NCBI GenBank assembly: GCA_002269645.1 | Contig: NIVC01000491.1 | Location: 124,001 to 188,000 of the forward strand | DNA: 64,000 nt | Direction: 5' to 3' | Source of the DNA: Macrostomum lignano | Taxonomy: Eukaryota | Shown here: positions 47,625 through 60,538 of the stretch, piece after piece | How positions within the stretch are numbered: the stretch's first letter is position 1 | How the letters are laid out: each line of letters starts with the position of its first letter | The notes under the pieces: model-generated | What the model was told of the DNA's origin: nothing | What the model saw: only the letters and a program-made list of their open reading frames with translations | Databases searched by the model: none | Program-made: the position numbers and the translations under genes

Positions 47625-50600
47625 CGCACCGGGCACTTGTTGGTACGGTATACAATGGTGGGCACTTATTTTGCAATTTTTTTTGACACACGAAAACACA
47701 CACATACACACAGTGCAATGACCTATTAAGTATTTTTAGCATTTAAATGATGAAAAAAAGCATACATTGAAATAAAAAAGCACGTCCCATACTAATAGTA
47801 TGATCTATTGAAAGTGAAGTAATAGCGTAACATCGTGTAACTATATTGTCCTCAGTCCAGCGAATTCAGCATTACTTGAAATACAAAAGGCTTCGTTAAA
47901 GCCAATCCACATGAAGGAAAAACTAGTTACAAGCAGTCTATTGACCTTTACCTTTACTAATACGCTATAATGCTGTACGCAATATGCCTGACTAATATGA
48001 ATAAAAAATTCAATTACACTTGCGCTTAGGAAAAAACCTAAAATTGACAGTGAAACTGAAAAACTGAAACGCAGAGATTAGTTAAACAGATTAAACAACA
48101 ATTCCGGTCGAGTGAGAAAACAGGAGTCTCGTTATTTAGAGAACTCTGGCATCCAGCATTACTCTCGTAGACTATTAGCTGCTCTCCTGAGTTCGAAGCT
48201 GACAGGTCCGTTGCAGTCGGCATCGATTGAGTCGACTGCCAATTTAGTCAATGGGTTTCGTTTCTTCTTTTCACTGGAACCTGTGGTGGGATTAGCAAAA
48301 GATCGATTTCGCATATCTATTTAGTGATTTCAAGGCCGACAAAATCATTCTTCTCTGCATGTCGGCTCCAGAAGATGCTAGTTTGCTTGCAGCTTTCTGT
48401 AGGAGCATTCTACTTTAGTAAAGTGTACCCATTCTAAAATAAGCTGTTTTTAATATGTCCCAACAAGTCTCTGTGCAGTGTGTCATCCGTTTGCCCAACA
48501 ATTTGTTCTGGAGCCCTTTATTAATTGAGTTCTTTAGGTGACTTAACAAATGCGGAAAAAACTAGACACACACACACAGTGGCCCAACACTTCGTGTCCC
48601 AATAATTGCTAGGAAAAATGCACTGCAGTGTTTAAGCATCTCCTCTGAGGGGCCCTTGCATGCATAGCTATAGAATCTGCTAAGACCCGATCTGAGAGTT
48701 AAAAGTACAAAAAGTTATAACGCTTCTAGACACGAAAACGAATGCAGCCACAGCATGAACTAACCTTTCATTGAAGCTTCTGCTTAAGACTTTGATGCTG
48801 TGAAGCATTCTGGCATCTAGCATTACTCTCGTAGACTATTAGCTGCTCTCCTGAGTTCGAAGCTGACAGGTCCGTTGCAGTCGGCATCGATTGAGTCGAC
48901 TGCCAATTTAGTCAATGGGTTTCGTTTCTTCTTTTCACTGGAACCTGTGGTGGGATTAGCAAAAGATCGATTTCGCATATCTATTTAGTGATTTCAAGGA
49001 CGACAAAATCATTCTTCTCTGCATGTCGGCTCCAGAAGATGCTAGTTTGCTTGCAGCTTTCTGTAGGAGCATTCTACTTTAGTAAAGTGTACCCATTCTG
49101 AAATAAGCTGTTTTTAATATGTCCCAACAAGTCTCTGTGCAGTGTGTCATCCGTTTGCCCAACAATTTGTTCTGGAGCCCTTTATTAATTGAGTTCTTTA
49201 GGTGACTTAACAAATGCGGAAAAAACTAGACACACACACACAGTGGCCCAACACTTCGTGTCCCAATAATTGCTAGGAAAAATGCACTGCAGTGTTTAAG
49301 CATCTCCTCTGAGGGGCCCTTGCATGCATAGCTATAGAATCTGCTAAGACCCGATCTGAGAGTTAAAAGTACAAAAAGTTATAACGCTTCTAGACACGAA
49401 AACGAATGCAGCCACAGCATGAACTAACCTTTCATTGAAGCTTCTGCTTAAGACTTTGATGCTGTGAAGCATTCTGGCATCTAGCATTACTCTCGTAGAC
49501 TATTAGCTGCTCTCCTGAGTTCGAAGCTGACAGGTCCGTTGCAGTCGGCATCGATTGAGTCGACTGCCAATTTAGTCAATGGGTTTCGTTTCTTCTTTTC
49601 ACTGGAACCTGTGGTGGGATTAGCAAAAGATCGATTTCGCATATCTATTTAGTGATTTCAAGGCCGACAAAATCATTCTTCTCTGCATGTCGGCTCCAGA
49701 AGATGCTAGTTTGCTTGCAGCTTTCTGTAGGAGCATTCTACTTTAGTAAAGTGTACCCATTCTAAAATAAGCTGTTTTTAATATGTCCCAACAAGTCTCT
49801 GTGCAGTGTGTCATCCGTTTGCCCAACAATTTGTTCTGGAGCCCTTTATTAATTGAGTTCTTTAGGTGACTTAACAAATGCGGAAAAAACTAGACACACA
49901 CACACAGTGGCCCAACACTTCGTGTCCCAATAATTGCTAGGAAAAATGCACTGCAGTGTTTAAGCATCTCCTCTGAGGGGCCCTTGCATGCATAGCTATA
50001 GAATCTGCTAAGACCCGATCTGAGAGTTAAAAGTACAAAAAGTTATAACGCTTCTAGACACGAAAAAGAATGCATCCACAGCATGAACTAACCTTTCATT
50101 GAAGCTTCTGCTTAAGACTTTGATGCTGTGAAGCATTCTGGCATCTAGCATTACTCTCGTAGACTATTAGCTGCTCTCCTGAGTTCGAAGCTGACAGGTC
50201 CGTTGCAGTCGGCATCGATTGAGTCGACTGCCAATTTAGTCAATGGGTTTCGTTTCTTCTTTTCACTGGAACCTGTGGTGGGATTAGCAAAAGATCGATT
50301 TCGCATATCTATTTAGTGATTTCAAGGACGACAAAATCATTCTTCTCTGCATGTCGGCTCCAGAAGATGCTAGTTTGCTTGCAGCTTTCTGTAGGAGCAT
50401 TCTACTTTAGTAAAGTGTACCCATTCTAAAATAAGCTGTTTTTAATATGTCCCAACAAGTCTCTGTGCAGTGTGTCATCCGTTTGCCCAACAATTTGTTC
50501 TGGAGCCCTTTATTAATTGAGTTCTTTAGGTGACTTAACAAATGCGGAAAAAACTAGACACACACACACAGTGGCCCAACACTTCGTGTCCCAATAATTG

Positions 50601-51900
50601 CTAGGAAAAATGCACTGCAGTGTTTAAGCATCTCCTCTGAGGGGCCCTTGCATGCATAGCTATAGAATCTGCTAAGACCCAATCTGAGAGTTAAAAGTAC
50701 AAAAAGTTATAATATTTGTGGTTGGACACGTAGGCTATTGAATGTCAATGGATTCAGACGAAATGTCAAGTTTTACTGAAAGCCTTTACAGCTTACCGGT
50801 TAAAGTCGACGGATCCTTTGGCAATTGGCCACATGGCAGTTGATCAAAGGTGATATACCTGAAGTAAAGGTAGGTACTGCTTAGCAGGAGCAGTATTTTT
50901 TATAGCATTTAAATATAAATGCTTCTTATTTCCGACAAAGTTTTTTAATACCACTTACATGTTTCTCGCTGTGCCATTCCATGCTGTTCCTTTCCATACC
51001 ATGGTGACTCGGGTGCCATGGCAGAGGCAGAGTTGACCATTGATTTCAGCATAGCGAGTACATGCCAATTTAGTTTTACCGTACGTTTGCGGGGTGGCGT
51101 CAATAATAGACCAAAATAAATGTACACTTAACTAGCAAGGGGACTCTGGTAAATTGGAGCCATGTACACAGGGGGTAGGGCTTGGTCCTAACATGTACGG
51201 GGTAAGTCCTAATAGGAGTGGGCTATTGTAAACGACACTCTAGCACACAGTCCCAACAATTTATAGAATATCGAATGCGCGCAGCAGTCAATAGCATGAG
51301 TCCTAACAAGAGTGGGCTGTCGTATTCAACACTGCAACACTGTCCTAACAATTTAGTTCGTGTAGAGTACTGATGCCCATCACAGTCAAAAGTACATGTA
51401 AGCCCTTGTCATTTCTTTAGGTTTATCTCCATCCAGAACCATCCTTTGACAATAAAATACCCTTAAAAGTATTTTGCTATGTTTTGCTATGTATGTATTT
51501 AATGTATGCTATGTATATAAGTCTTGAAACAAAGACTGCAGCAAATGAATGCGCTTGAAATCTACTATTAGTAAAAATATGAGAAAAAAACAATAAAAAT
51601 ATGCGGGAGCAGATTAGCCATTTCAGTGTCCCAATAGTGATTTGGTCGAATTTTGTATCATTTTTCATTATTGGGACGCCAGTTTTTGCTTAATTATGGA
51701 CTCAGAAAGTAAAATTATTAAAAATGAGTTGCACCATCAAAAAGAGGCTGTCGAGCTGAATCCAAAGAGTATTTTTTTGAGCTGCTATTGTAAGTTTTTT
51801 GGAAGTGTTGGACGGACTTGATGGGACAGTCCCAACATTTTTTTTGGCCCAACAGTGCGGGTCCCGTTGTACGCGTATGGCCCAACAAATGCCCCGTGCG
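47625..51900. mobile_element. Non-autonomous TIR element inserted in the LINE (CA)n tail
   Basis: CGCACCGGGCACTTGTTGG (47625-47643) versus the reverse complement of 51882-51900 (CGCACGGGGCATTTGTTGG): 17/19 identical. CA repeats on both sides; no long ORF inside. Confidence 0.6.
48145..50711. repeat. 664-bp tandem repeat, ~3.9 near-identical copies
   Basis: TCTGGCAT(C/T) starts at 48145, 48809, 49473 and 50137. Confidence 0.95.
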
Positions 51901-51935
51901 CAAACACACGCACACACGCACACACACACACACAC

Positions 51936-52022
51936 ACAGCGACAGCAGCATCAGCTTCAGCAGCAGCGGCCAGCGCGTCAGTTCCAGCCTGGAGATCGCG
52001 TGCTCTACCGCGATTTCAGCAC
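51936..52022 (+). mobile_element. Continuation of the Gypsy integrase C-terminus
   Basis: Removing the LINE restores TSAMQQRQ|QHQLQQQRPARQFQPGDRVLYRDFS. Confidence 0.8.
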
Positions 52023-53871
52023 TGTGATGGGTTTCGACCTTCGGCCCCCTTGTTGGGAAAGCCTTCGGGCCTCAGGTCTCAGAAATAAATCAATTAGAGA
52101 CCTGGCCCCCCACTCCTGTCAGATGGTCAGCCCCATGGTAGCTTGATCGTGTGGCGAGCAGTCTAGGTCCTATAGCTAAGAGAGGGACAGCGAGAGACAA
52201 GCAGGGAGAATTTTGAAGGTAGAGATCAGCTAATCCGCAGATTAACTAACCCGCTGCCACCAGCCCGTGCGTCCTGGCTCACCAAACTTTCGAAATCGGG
52301 CTTCCGACTAGAGGGGGCTTAGCACTTACCTGCCAACTAGTGTCTTTTTGCTGTCAATCTCGAAGTCATAGCCGATGATAAGGGACACTGCTGGGACTCA
52401 ATCGCATTGGCCATGCAGGTACAGAGGGGACTTTGTGCAAGGGATTCTTGCAGTGGCGAGACTATGGGGTAGCTACATGTACTATTACATTGCTAAATAC
52501 GTGGAATTGTACTTTTGGCTTTCAACGCGCCAACTAGCCTCTCGTAGCGCTGATGATAGACTAACTCGAACCTCAGAGACCGCATGATTCATTACCCGAG
52601 CCGCTTGGCGAACCTAGAGTGCACAAAGTACATCTCTGGCGCCGATTTTGCTCACTGATTTGATAGATTGATTGATTGATTGCCATTGGTCCACTGTGAC
52701 CGGCGCCTACTAGCTTAGCTACTCATCTGAGCCATCGGCGAACAAAGAAATAAAAGCGATAAAATAACTGTCAGATTTAACCTTCTCCTTAAATAACTTC
52801 ACACCTCAGATTGAATTGGAGTTTCAGACTACTAACAGTATTATTGAATGATTTCTGCCTCAGTAACAGCACTGCTGAACAAAATGAGCAAAAGTGTGCT
52901 CCTAATCCAGCTACTGAAATAGGGGACAGATAAGGGATCACCCAATCAAGCAAGTCTACGTAGCCTCTCACCCAACCAATCAGAAACTCAACAGCCGGAG
53001 ACCAGGTAATCCACAGTGACCGAATCGGCTTAGTGCTTCGCAGCTGTAGGCCCGGGATGATGCTGATGTCACAATCTTCGCAGATAGCTAGCAGGTGATG
53101 ATCTTAACCTTGATTTTCGCTGCTGACGACCAGGGGAATTCGTCCTTGATGATTGTGGGGGGAGTCGCGATCCGGGGATCAAGAGACGACGGTCGCGAGC
53201 AGCAGCCGGGTGTCAGGTGACAGGTGACCGGCCAAGGGGTTTGAAGTCCGAGCGGGCCAAAAACTCCGGTTTAAATAGCCGCCAACTGGATCGCAATTTG
53301 TTAAAATGGAACACCTCGACGCTGATTGGCTGAGCTGATTTGTTATAACGCACGTCGAATTTTCTGATTGACTGAGCTTGTTGCCACCCAAACTCACGTG
53401 ACCAGAAGATCCTATCAGCTCCCTCGGGGCCATAAAAATACGACAGGTGCCGTCATAAATCACTCAAAATCGCTACATAAAGATTTATGCCTTTCGCGTA
53501 GGAATGACAAAAATTAATGAAAAAATATACATTAGAAAGCTCTTATTAAGTAGAAAGTGAAGATAATGAAGAGAAATCGCCAATCGCTAATCCCAAAGTA
53601 CTTTTAGGGGTAAAACGCATAGCTGTCAAAGCTGTCACGCGCTTGAGTGAGCACGAACAATAGGCCCTGACCTCATAAATCTTGATGGCCTGTCAAAATG
53701 ATGAGAAAAAAGCTACCGCCCGCATCCTCTCAGACCATCTGGCGCCAGCCTCAGCACTGAGTGAGGTGCAGGTGGCTGTCAGACCAGCTCAGACGCAATG
53801 ATTTATGACCCAAAAGTAGCAAGAAACCGCGCCTATGTTATTATAACTACAAGTATGGCAGATTAATATAG

Positions 53872-54094
53872 CTACAGGCGCTACCCGAATCGAGTTCGAG
53901 CACCACCTGACAGATTGATGCTGCAGTGAGGGCGTTAACTAAGGGGGGAGATGTGATATAGTGACACGATGGACTTTCAAATAGTTTGTGTGTACTCGTA
54001 CTGAGTGTTGACTCACTAGCAGTGGCTCTCAAGCGAGCACCTTTTCTCACTCCTACAATTCCACACTATTGCCTCGGTTAATATAGTTATCACA
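53872..54094 (+). mobile_element. Gypsy pol end, polypurine tract and 143-bp 3' LTR
   Basis: YRRYPNRVRAPPDRLMLQ*; PPT AAGGGGGGAGA at 53941-53951; LTR 53952-54094 bounded by TGTGATA...TATCACA; the 40-bp satellite resumes immediately afterwards. Confidence 0.8.
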
Positions 54095-54640
54095 CAACCC
54101 AAAAAGATCAATAATTTTGGTCGCCTTCCTCACCCACCCCAATCCAGCCGAAAAAGATCGATAATTTTGGTCGCCTTCCTCACCCACCCCAAAAAGATCG
54201 ATAATTTTGATCTTTCTCCGCATCCAGCCGAAAAGGATCGATAACTTTGGTCCCTCTCCTCACCCACCCAAAAAATCGATAATTTTATTCTCACCTCACC
54301 CACCCAAAAAAATCGATAATTTTGGTCGCCTTCCTCACCCACCCCAAAAAGATCGATAATTTTGGTCTTTCTCCGCATCCAGCCGAAAAAGATCGATAAT
54401 TTTGGTCTCTCTCCTTACCCACCCAAAAAAATCGATAATTTTGGTCGCCTTCCTCACCCACCCCAAAAAGATCGATAATTTTGGTCTTTTTCCGCATCCA
54501 GCCGAAAAAGATCGATAACTTTGGTCTCTCTCCTCACCCACCCAAAAAAATCGATAATTTTATTCTCACCTCAACCACCCCAAAAAATCGATAATTTTGG
54601 TCTCTGCTCACCCACCCCAAAAAGATCGATAGTTTTTGTC
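54095..54640. repeat. 40-bp satellite, right half
   Basis: Same GATCGATAATTTTGGTC core and period 40 as 40420-40952. Confidence 0.93.
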
Positions 54641-55246
54641 AAAGACCCTGGCCGCACGGGCCTGACTCCTGTTTCTTAACCGCTTGCGCATCTTCTCGAA
54701 CAACAATCAAGTCGCCAGCTCTCCGTACCGTCGAGATTTCAACAATTTTACCAGAAGGTCGGATTTTTCTCCATAAGCGCTAGTCTATTCAATACACCCT
54801 TATGCGCCTATCAGAACTGCGACCACATGTGTCTGCATCAGCTCTGACTTCGTTGGTCACTGACCTTCACCCAGACGGAGCTACTAGACCTTCAACAGAT
54901 GGAATCAGGTGTCTATGGACACCATATATCGCGATGCTGCTTTCTGTGACGCAAAAATTGAAGCATGACTGCCCGTTGGTGATACTTCATCTCCTGATGC
55001 AGGTGAAACACTAACATTACACCAGGTGTCAATTATGATGATGTCAAGATTTATCAAAGCAGTAAACATCGATGAAGCTACAGCCTCCACGTATGCTCGC
55101 AAATAATCCAAAATTGTAGAAAAAGCCAGTCAAGACAGAGTCACTAAGCTACAGAAATCGCAGATCGCCAGAAATCAAATGCCAGCAGACAGAGCCTCAC
55201 AAACTGCTAAAATTTTTGTTGCGATTCAAAACCGATGACATTTATT

Positions 55247-55341
55247 TCAGACAGACAGACAGACAGACAGACAGACTGACAGGCACACAGACAGACAGAC
55301 AGACAGACAGATAGACCTAAGGCTGAGACAGGCAGACAGGC

Positions 55342-55400
<59 letters not shown>

Positions 55401-55417
55401 AGGACAGACAGACACAC

Positions 55418-55458
<41 letters not shown>

Positions 55459-55473
55459 AAGACAGACACAGAC
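55247..55473. repeat. (AGAC)n microsatellite
   Basis: Direct observation. Confidence 0.95.
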
Positions 55474-56337
55474 TCTGTCTCTTTAATTGCATAAGCTTGA
55501 TTCTAAGGATAAGTTGAAAGCTTATCAGTAAACAAGGGTCGCGATTAGGAGCAATTTTTATAAATAGACTGGCTGCGATATAATAAAAAATAGACTCAAA
55601 AGTTCATTGAAAAGCATTTACGACTAAATGATGCCCTGAGATCGAGCATACTAACTGTACATGAGTGGAACTGCGGGACACGAAAGAGTCGTGAGAGCAC
55701 ACCAAGTAAGTTGCAGATCGAGTTGAAGAGGAAAACACGACAGGCCCGCCCACTCAATGGGAGTGCACTTAATGCGCTCTCATTTCTCCATTGACTATTT
55801 TTAGCAATCCCAATCTTTCACATTATTGACTCCCAGTAAAGCATTAAATATAGAAATCCGGGTTGTATCTAATTAGACAAATATCTTAGTTGAATACAAA
55901 GTCAAAAAATTGTTAAAAATTTTGAAAATTTTTAAAAATTCTTGCATTGTAGAAATCCACACCAACGAATATATTTATCCCAATGAGGAGGAATCCTAAG
56001 GGAGTTTGTGTCTTAGGCACCGCCTACGATATTTTTTAATCAAATGCTTAACTTCTCCGGCTGGCTAAATCAGACTAATTATGCACGTTTGAGTTCGTGT
56101 TTTTTCATAGTATTTCTAGTAGTAGGGAATCACTACGCAATAATTTTATAGTGAAAAAATATTTTTCACGTATTTTTTATTATCAATTTTTTTGCTTTGG
56201 TGCGAAATCAAGCGCTTTATAAGGAAAGTCGTTCTCTTGACTTTGTAGACACTTTTGGCACGATTCTCCATATTATTCGCCAGTGACATGAATGAAATGA
56301 ATTACATTGTCGCTAGTACATAAATATTTTCGCCATT

Positions 56338-57130
56338 TGCATGAACCTTGGCCCTAATTAAATGAATCTTGGCGCTAATTACATAAATCTTGGTGCTAAT
56401 TACATGAATCTTGGCCCTAATTAAATGAATCTTGGCGCTATTTACATGAATCTTGGCCCTAATTAAATGAATCTTGGCGCTAATTACATAAATCTTGGTG
56501 CTAATTACATGAATCTTGGCCCTAATTAAATGAATCTTGGCGCTAATTACATAAATCTTGGTGCTAATTACATGAATCTTGGCCCTAATTAAATGAATCT
56601 TGGCGCTATTTACATGAATCTTGGCACTAATGACTTGAATATTGACGCTATTTACATGAATATTTTCCCCCTAATTACATAAATCTTGGTGCTAATTACA
56701 TGAATCTTGGCCCTAATTAAATGAATCTTGGCGCTATTTACATGAATCTTGGCACTAATGACATGAATATTGACGCTATTTACATGAATATTTTCCCCCT
56801 AATTACATAAATCTTGGTGCTAATTACATGAATCTTGGCCCTAATTAAATGAATCTTGGCGCTATTTACATGAATCTTGGCACTAATGACATGAATATTG
56901 ACGCTATTTACATGAATATTTTCCCCCTAATTACATAAATCTTGGTGCTAATTACATGAATCTTGGCGCTATTTGCATAAATCTTGGCGCTATTTACATG
57001 AATCTTGGCGCTAGTTACATGAATCTTGGCGCTATTTACATGAATCTTAACGCTATTTACATGAATCTTGGCACAACTTACATAAATATTGGCTCCATTT
57101 ACATGAATCTTGGCTCTAATTACAAGAATC
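56338..57130. repeat. 21-bp minisatellite (ATGAATCTTGGCGCTAATTAC)
   Basis: Direct observation. Confidence 0.92.
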
Positions 57131-57604
57131 TCAGTTACATAATTCGTGGCGCCATTGAAACAGAAAAAGCTAAAAACAAGCAATTTAGGCTACTTGCTGT
57201 TAACAAATATATATTTATCTAAGCTAAAAATTTCGGGCACAATATCTTTATAAATAACAAGCGTCAGCATCTGTTTTTGTCTAGAAGCCATAGCACTGAG
57301 GCTGCTTATTATATTTCAGGTCTTGTTTTTTTTATTTTGAGGTGAGAACTTAGACAGAGCTGAGCGAGAGAGCCGACAGGTGGAATTCTCAAGAATTTTG
57401 ATTGGGTCTTAACCTTTAAATCCGCAAGTAATTAAAATTATTTTTTACTTGCTTATTTTTAGGTCACTTTTACTTGTACAAACTAAAAAATTCTCACTTT
57501 TCAAAAGCTAAATTCACTTTCTTCACGAACTCGAAAGTTTTAGATAGTAAGAGACTTAGCGGCTGTTTTAACTGTGCAATTCTTTAGTTAGAAATTCCGG
57601 TCAT

Positions 57605-58295
57605 CGGGAGGGAGACAAGAGAGGGAGAGAGGGGGAGAGAGGGAGAGAGGGGGAGAGGGAGAGAGAGGGAGGGAGAGAGGGAGAGAGGGAGAGAGGGAGA
57701 GAGGGAGAGAGGGAGAGAGAGGGAGAGAGGGAAAGAGCGAGAGAGGGAGAGAGCAATAGATAAAGAGAGAGAGGGGGGTGAGGGAGAGAGGGAGAGAGGG
57801 AAAGAGGGAGAGATGGGAGAGAAGGAGAGAGGGAGAGATGGGAGAGAAGGAGAGAGGGAGAGAGGGAGGGAGAGAGGGAGAGAGGGAAAGAGCGAGAGAG
57901 CGAGAGAGGGAGAAAGCAATAGATCAAGAGAGAGAGGGGGGGTAAGGGAGAGAGGGAGAGAGGGAGGGAGAGAGGGAGAGAGGGAGAGAGGGAGAGAGGG
58001 AGGGAGAGAGGGAGAGAGGGAGAGAGGGAGAGAGGGAGAGAGGGAGGGAGAGAGGGAGGGAGAGAGGGAGAGAGGGAGAGAAGGAGGGAGAGAGGGAGAG
58101 AGGGAGGGAGAGAGGGAGAGAGGGAGAGAGGGAGAGAGGGAGAGAGGGAGGGAGAGAGGGAGAGAGGGAGAGAGGGAGAGAGGGAGAGAGGGAGAGAGGG
58201 AGAGAGGGAGAGATGGGAGAGGGGAGAGGAGAGAGGAGAGAGGAGAGAGAAGAGAGGAGAGAGGAGAGAGAGAGGGGAGAAGGTGAGAGATAGAG
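57605..58295. repeat. GA-rich polypurine tract (GGGAGAGA)n
   Basis: Direct observation. Confidence 0.92.
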
Positions 58296-58874
58296 GAAAA
58301 TCATCCCATTTAAGCATCCCATTTAAGGAAAAATCATCACTAACATCAATACCATTGAGCATCATACAAGAGGGGAGTCTTAGACGTACCTAAAAAAGTA
58401 AGCTTTCGATTGCTGATGAATTTAGCCTTGAGCCTTTTGGCGTCAAAAACAAAGCCGTCAATCGCTTTGATCTGCAAACTCACTCGTTAGGGCGTCAATA
58501 TTTTTGGCATTGAAAAGTCATTAAAGGCCAGCGTGTGTAGGAGCAGATTGCATCGCTTTTTAGCTAGCGAGAATCGGCTACTATAGCAAGAGAATTCAAC
58601 TAATGAGCTTTCAAACAAAAGGAAATAATTATTAGAAAATTTTCTGCATTCTCTTTATCCTCCCGATTTGACGGAAGCTATTGTATTATGGTTTTTGATG
58701 GCCAAAACATAAACTCGCTTTTTATAGACATCAAAGATGGATTGGATCTGCCCTGCTAAACGGCTTGAATACTCATGCCTGAGCAGTGTATATTTAAAAT
58801 GTTTTTATTCACTCCTTCATTACATTAGTCATCGGGTTTGAAAAATGGTAAATTTGCAGGAGAACATGGTTGCG

Positions 58875-59220
58875 TGTCTGTGGCAATGGGGTGTCTGTGG
58901 CAACGGGGTGTCTGTGGCAATGGGGTGTCTGTGGTACATGGGGTGTCTGTGGCAATGGGGTGTTTGTAGCAATGGGGTGTCTGTGGCAATGGGGTGTCTG
59001 TGGCAATGGGGTGTCTGTGGCAACGGGGTGTCTGTGGCAATGGGGTGTCTGTGGCAATGGGGTGTCTGTGGTACATGGGGTGTCTGTGGCAATGGGGTGT
59101 TTGTAGCAATGGGGTGTCTGTGGCACATGGGGTGTCTGTGGCAACGGGGTGTCTGTGGCAATGGGGTGTCTGTGGCAATGGGGTGTCTGTGGCAATGGGA
59201 TGTCTGGCAGATGGGGTGTC
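58875..59220. repeat. ~18-19-bp minisatellite (TGGGGTGTCTGTGGCAA)
   Basis: Direct observation. Confidence 0.92.
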
Positions 59221-59412
59221 CAGAACAAAATCCAGAAATCCAGAGCGTCAAATTAATTCAGAATCTCGCTAAAAGTTAACTCAGAACTCTGAGTCACGAG
59301 TTTGACATTCGTTTCGTGAGGTCTCTAATTATCGTCGTGCATGCTGCGTCAAAGAAATTCCATTTATTGAGCTCGGGATTAGTGAAAATTTGAAGATGCT
59401 TCTTTCAGTAAT

Positions 59413-60066
<654 letters not shown>

Positions 60067-60538
60067 TTCTTATTATTATTATTAGAATTATGATTAGAAT
60101 TATTAAAATTACTATTTTCCGTGCTCATGCACAGCAGCAGAGTCAGTAATGTCAAGCGCCTATTAAAGGATTAGCCAGAGAAATAAGGTCATGAGGGGAC
60201 GCGGGTTACGGGCGGTGAAGATCCAAACATTCGAGCTCGCGTGACAGCTCGATTTATTAAATTCCAGTTTCAGAAATGATTCCTCAAAGCCAGGCCAGAT
60301 TAGTGAAATTTGAGCCGCCATCGCGTGACAGGCAGTTGGATTCTTCGGTTTTGAAGACACCAATAGGACAAATCCAAGCTGGACCGCTTCTGATTGGCCA
60401 GTCCAGAGCTGCAGCCAATCGCTGATGGCCAGACAAGTTACCTTGGGAGATTTCTAAGAGAGGGGATAAAAATGGAAAACAAAACCGACGCAGATTAAAC
60501 TACTGCCCTTGAGAGTCAGAACCTGAGTCCGGCCGACA

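Larger units (their letters stand above)
43023..51935 (+). mobile_element. Full-length, disabled Ingi-type non-LTR retrotransposon (2A - 3xPHD - APE - RT - RNase H - CCHC) with a (CA)n tail interrupted by a TIR element
   Basis: TSD ACAGCGACAGCA at 43011-43022 and 51936-51947. Coding region 43117-47582: APE (ILQ*NC, LQETKL, GDFNAH, SDHRPI), RT (LPQGSVLSP, FADD, KFLGLTFD), RNase H (LYTDGS, AELYAV, SDSQS, WVPAHCG..ELADEAAK), CTRCGMAHETIEHVMDC. Several stops and frameshifts. Confidence 0.92.

Noticed and set aside
47583-51935. 3' transduction as the explanation for DNA between the LINE stop codon and the right TSD
   Set aside because: Not excluded, but disfavoured because inverted termini sit exactly at the inner edges of the two CA runs, which fits a later TIR insertion better.
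54645-55200. Short ORFs with mixed composition after the satellite
   Set aside because: No recognisable domain or splice pattern; cannot be supported as gene or TE without a search.
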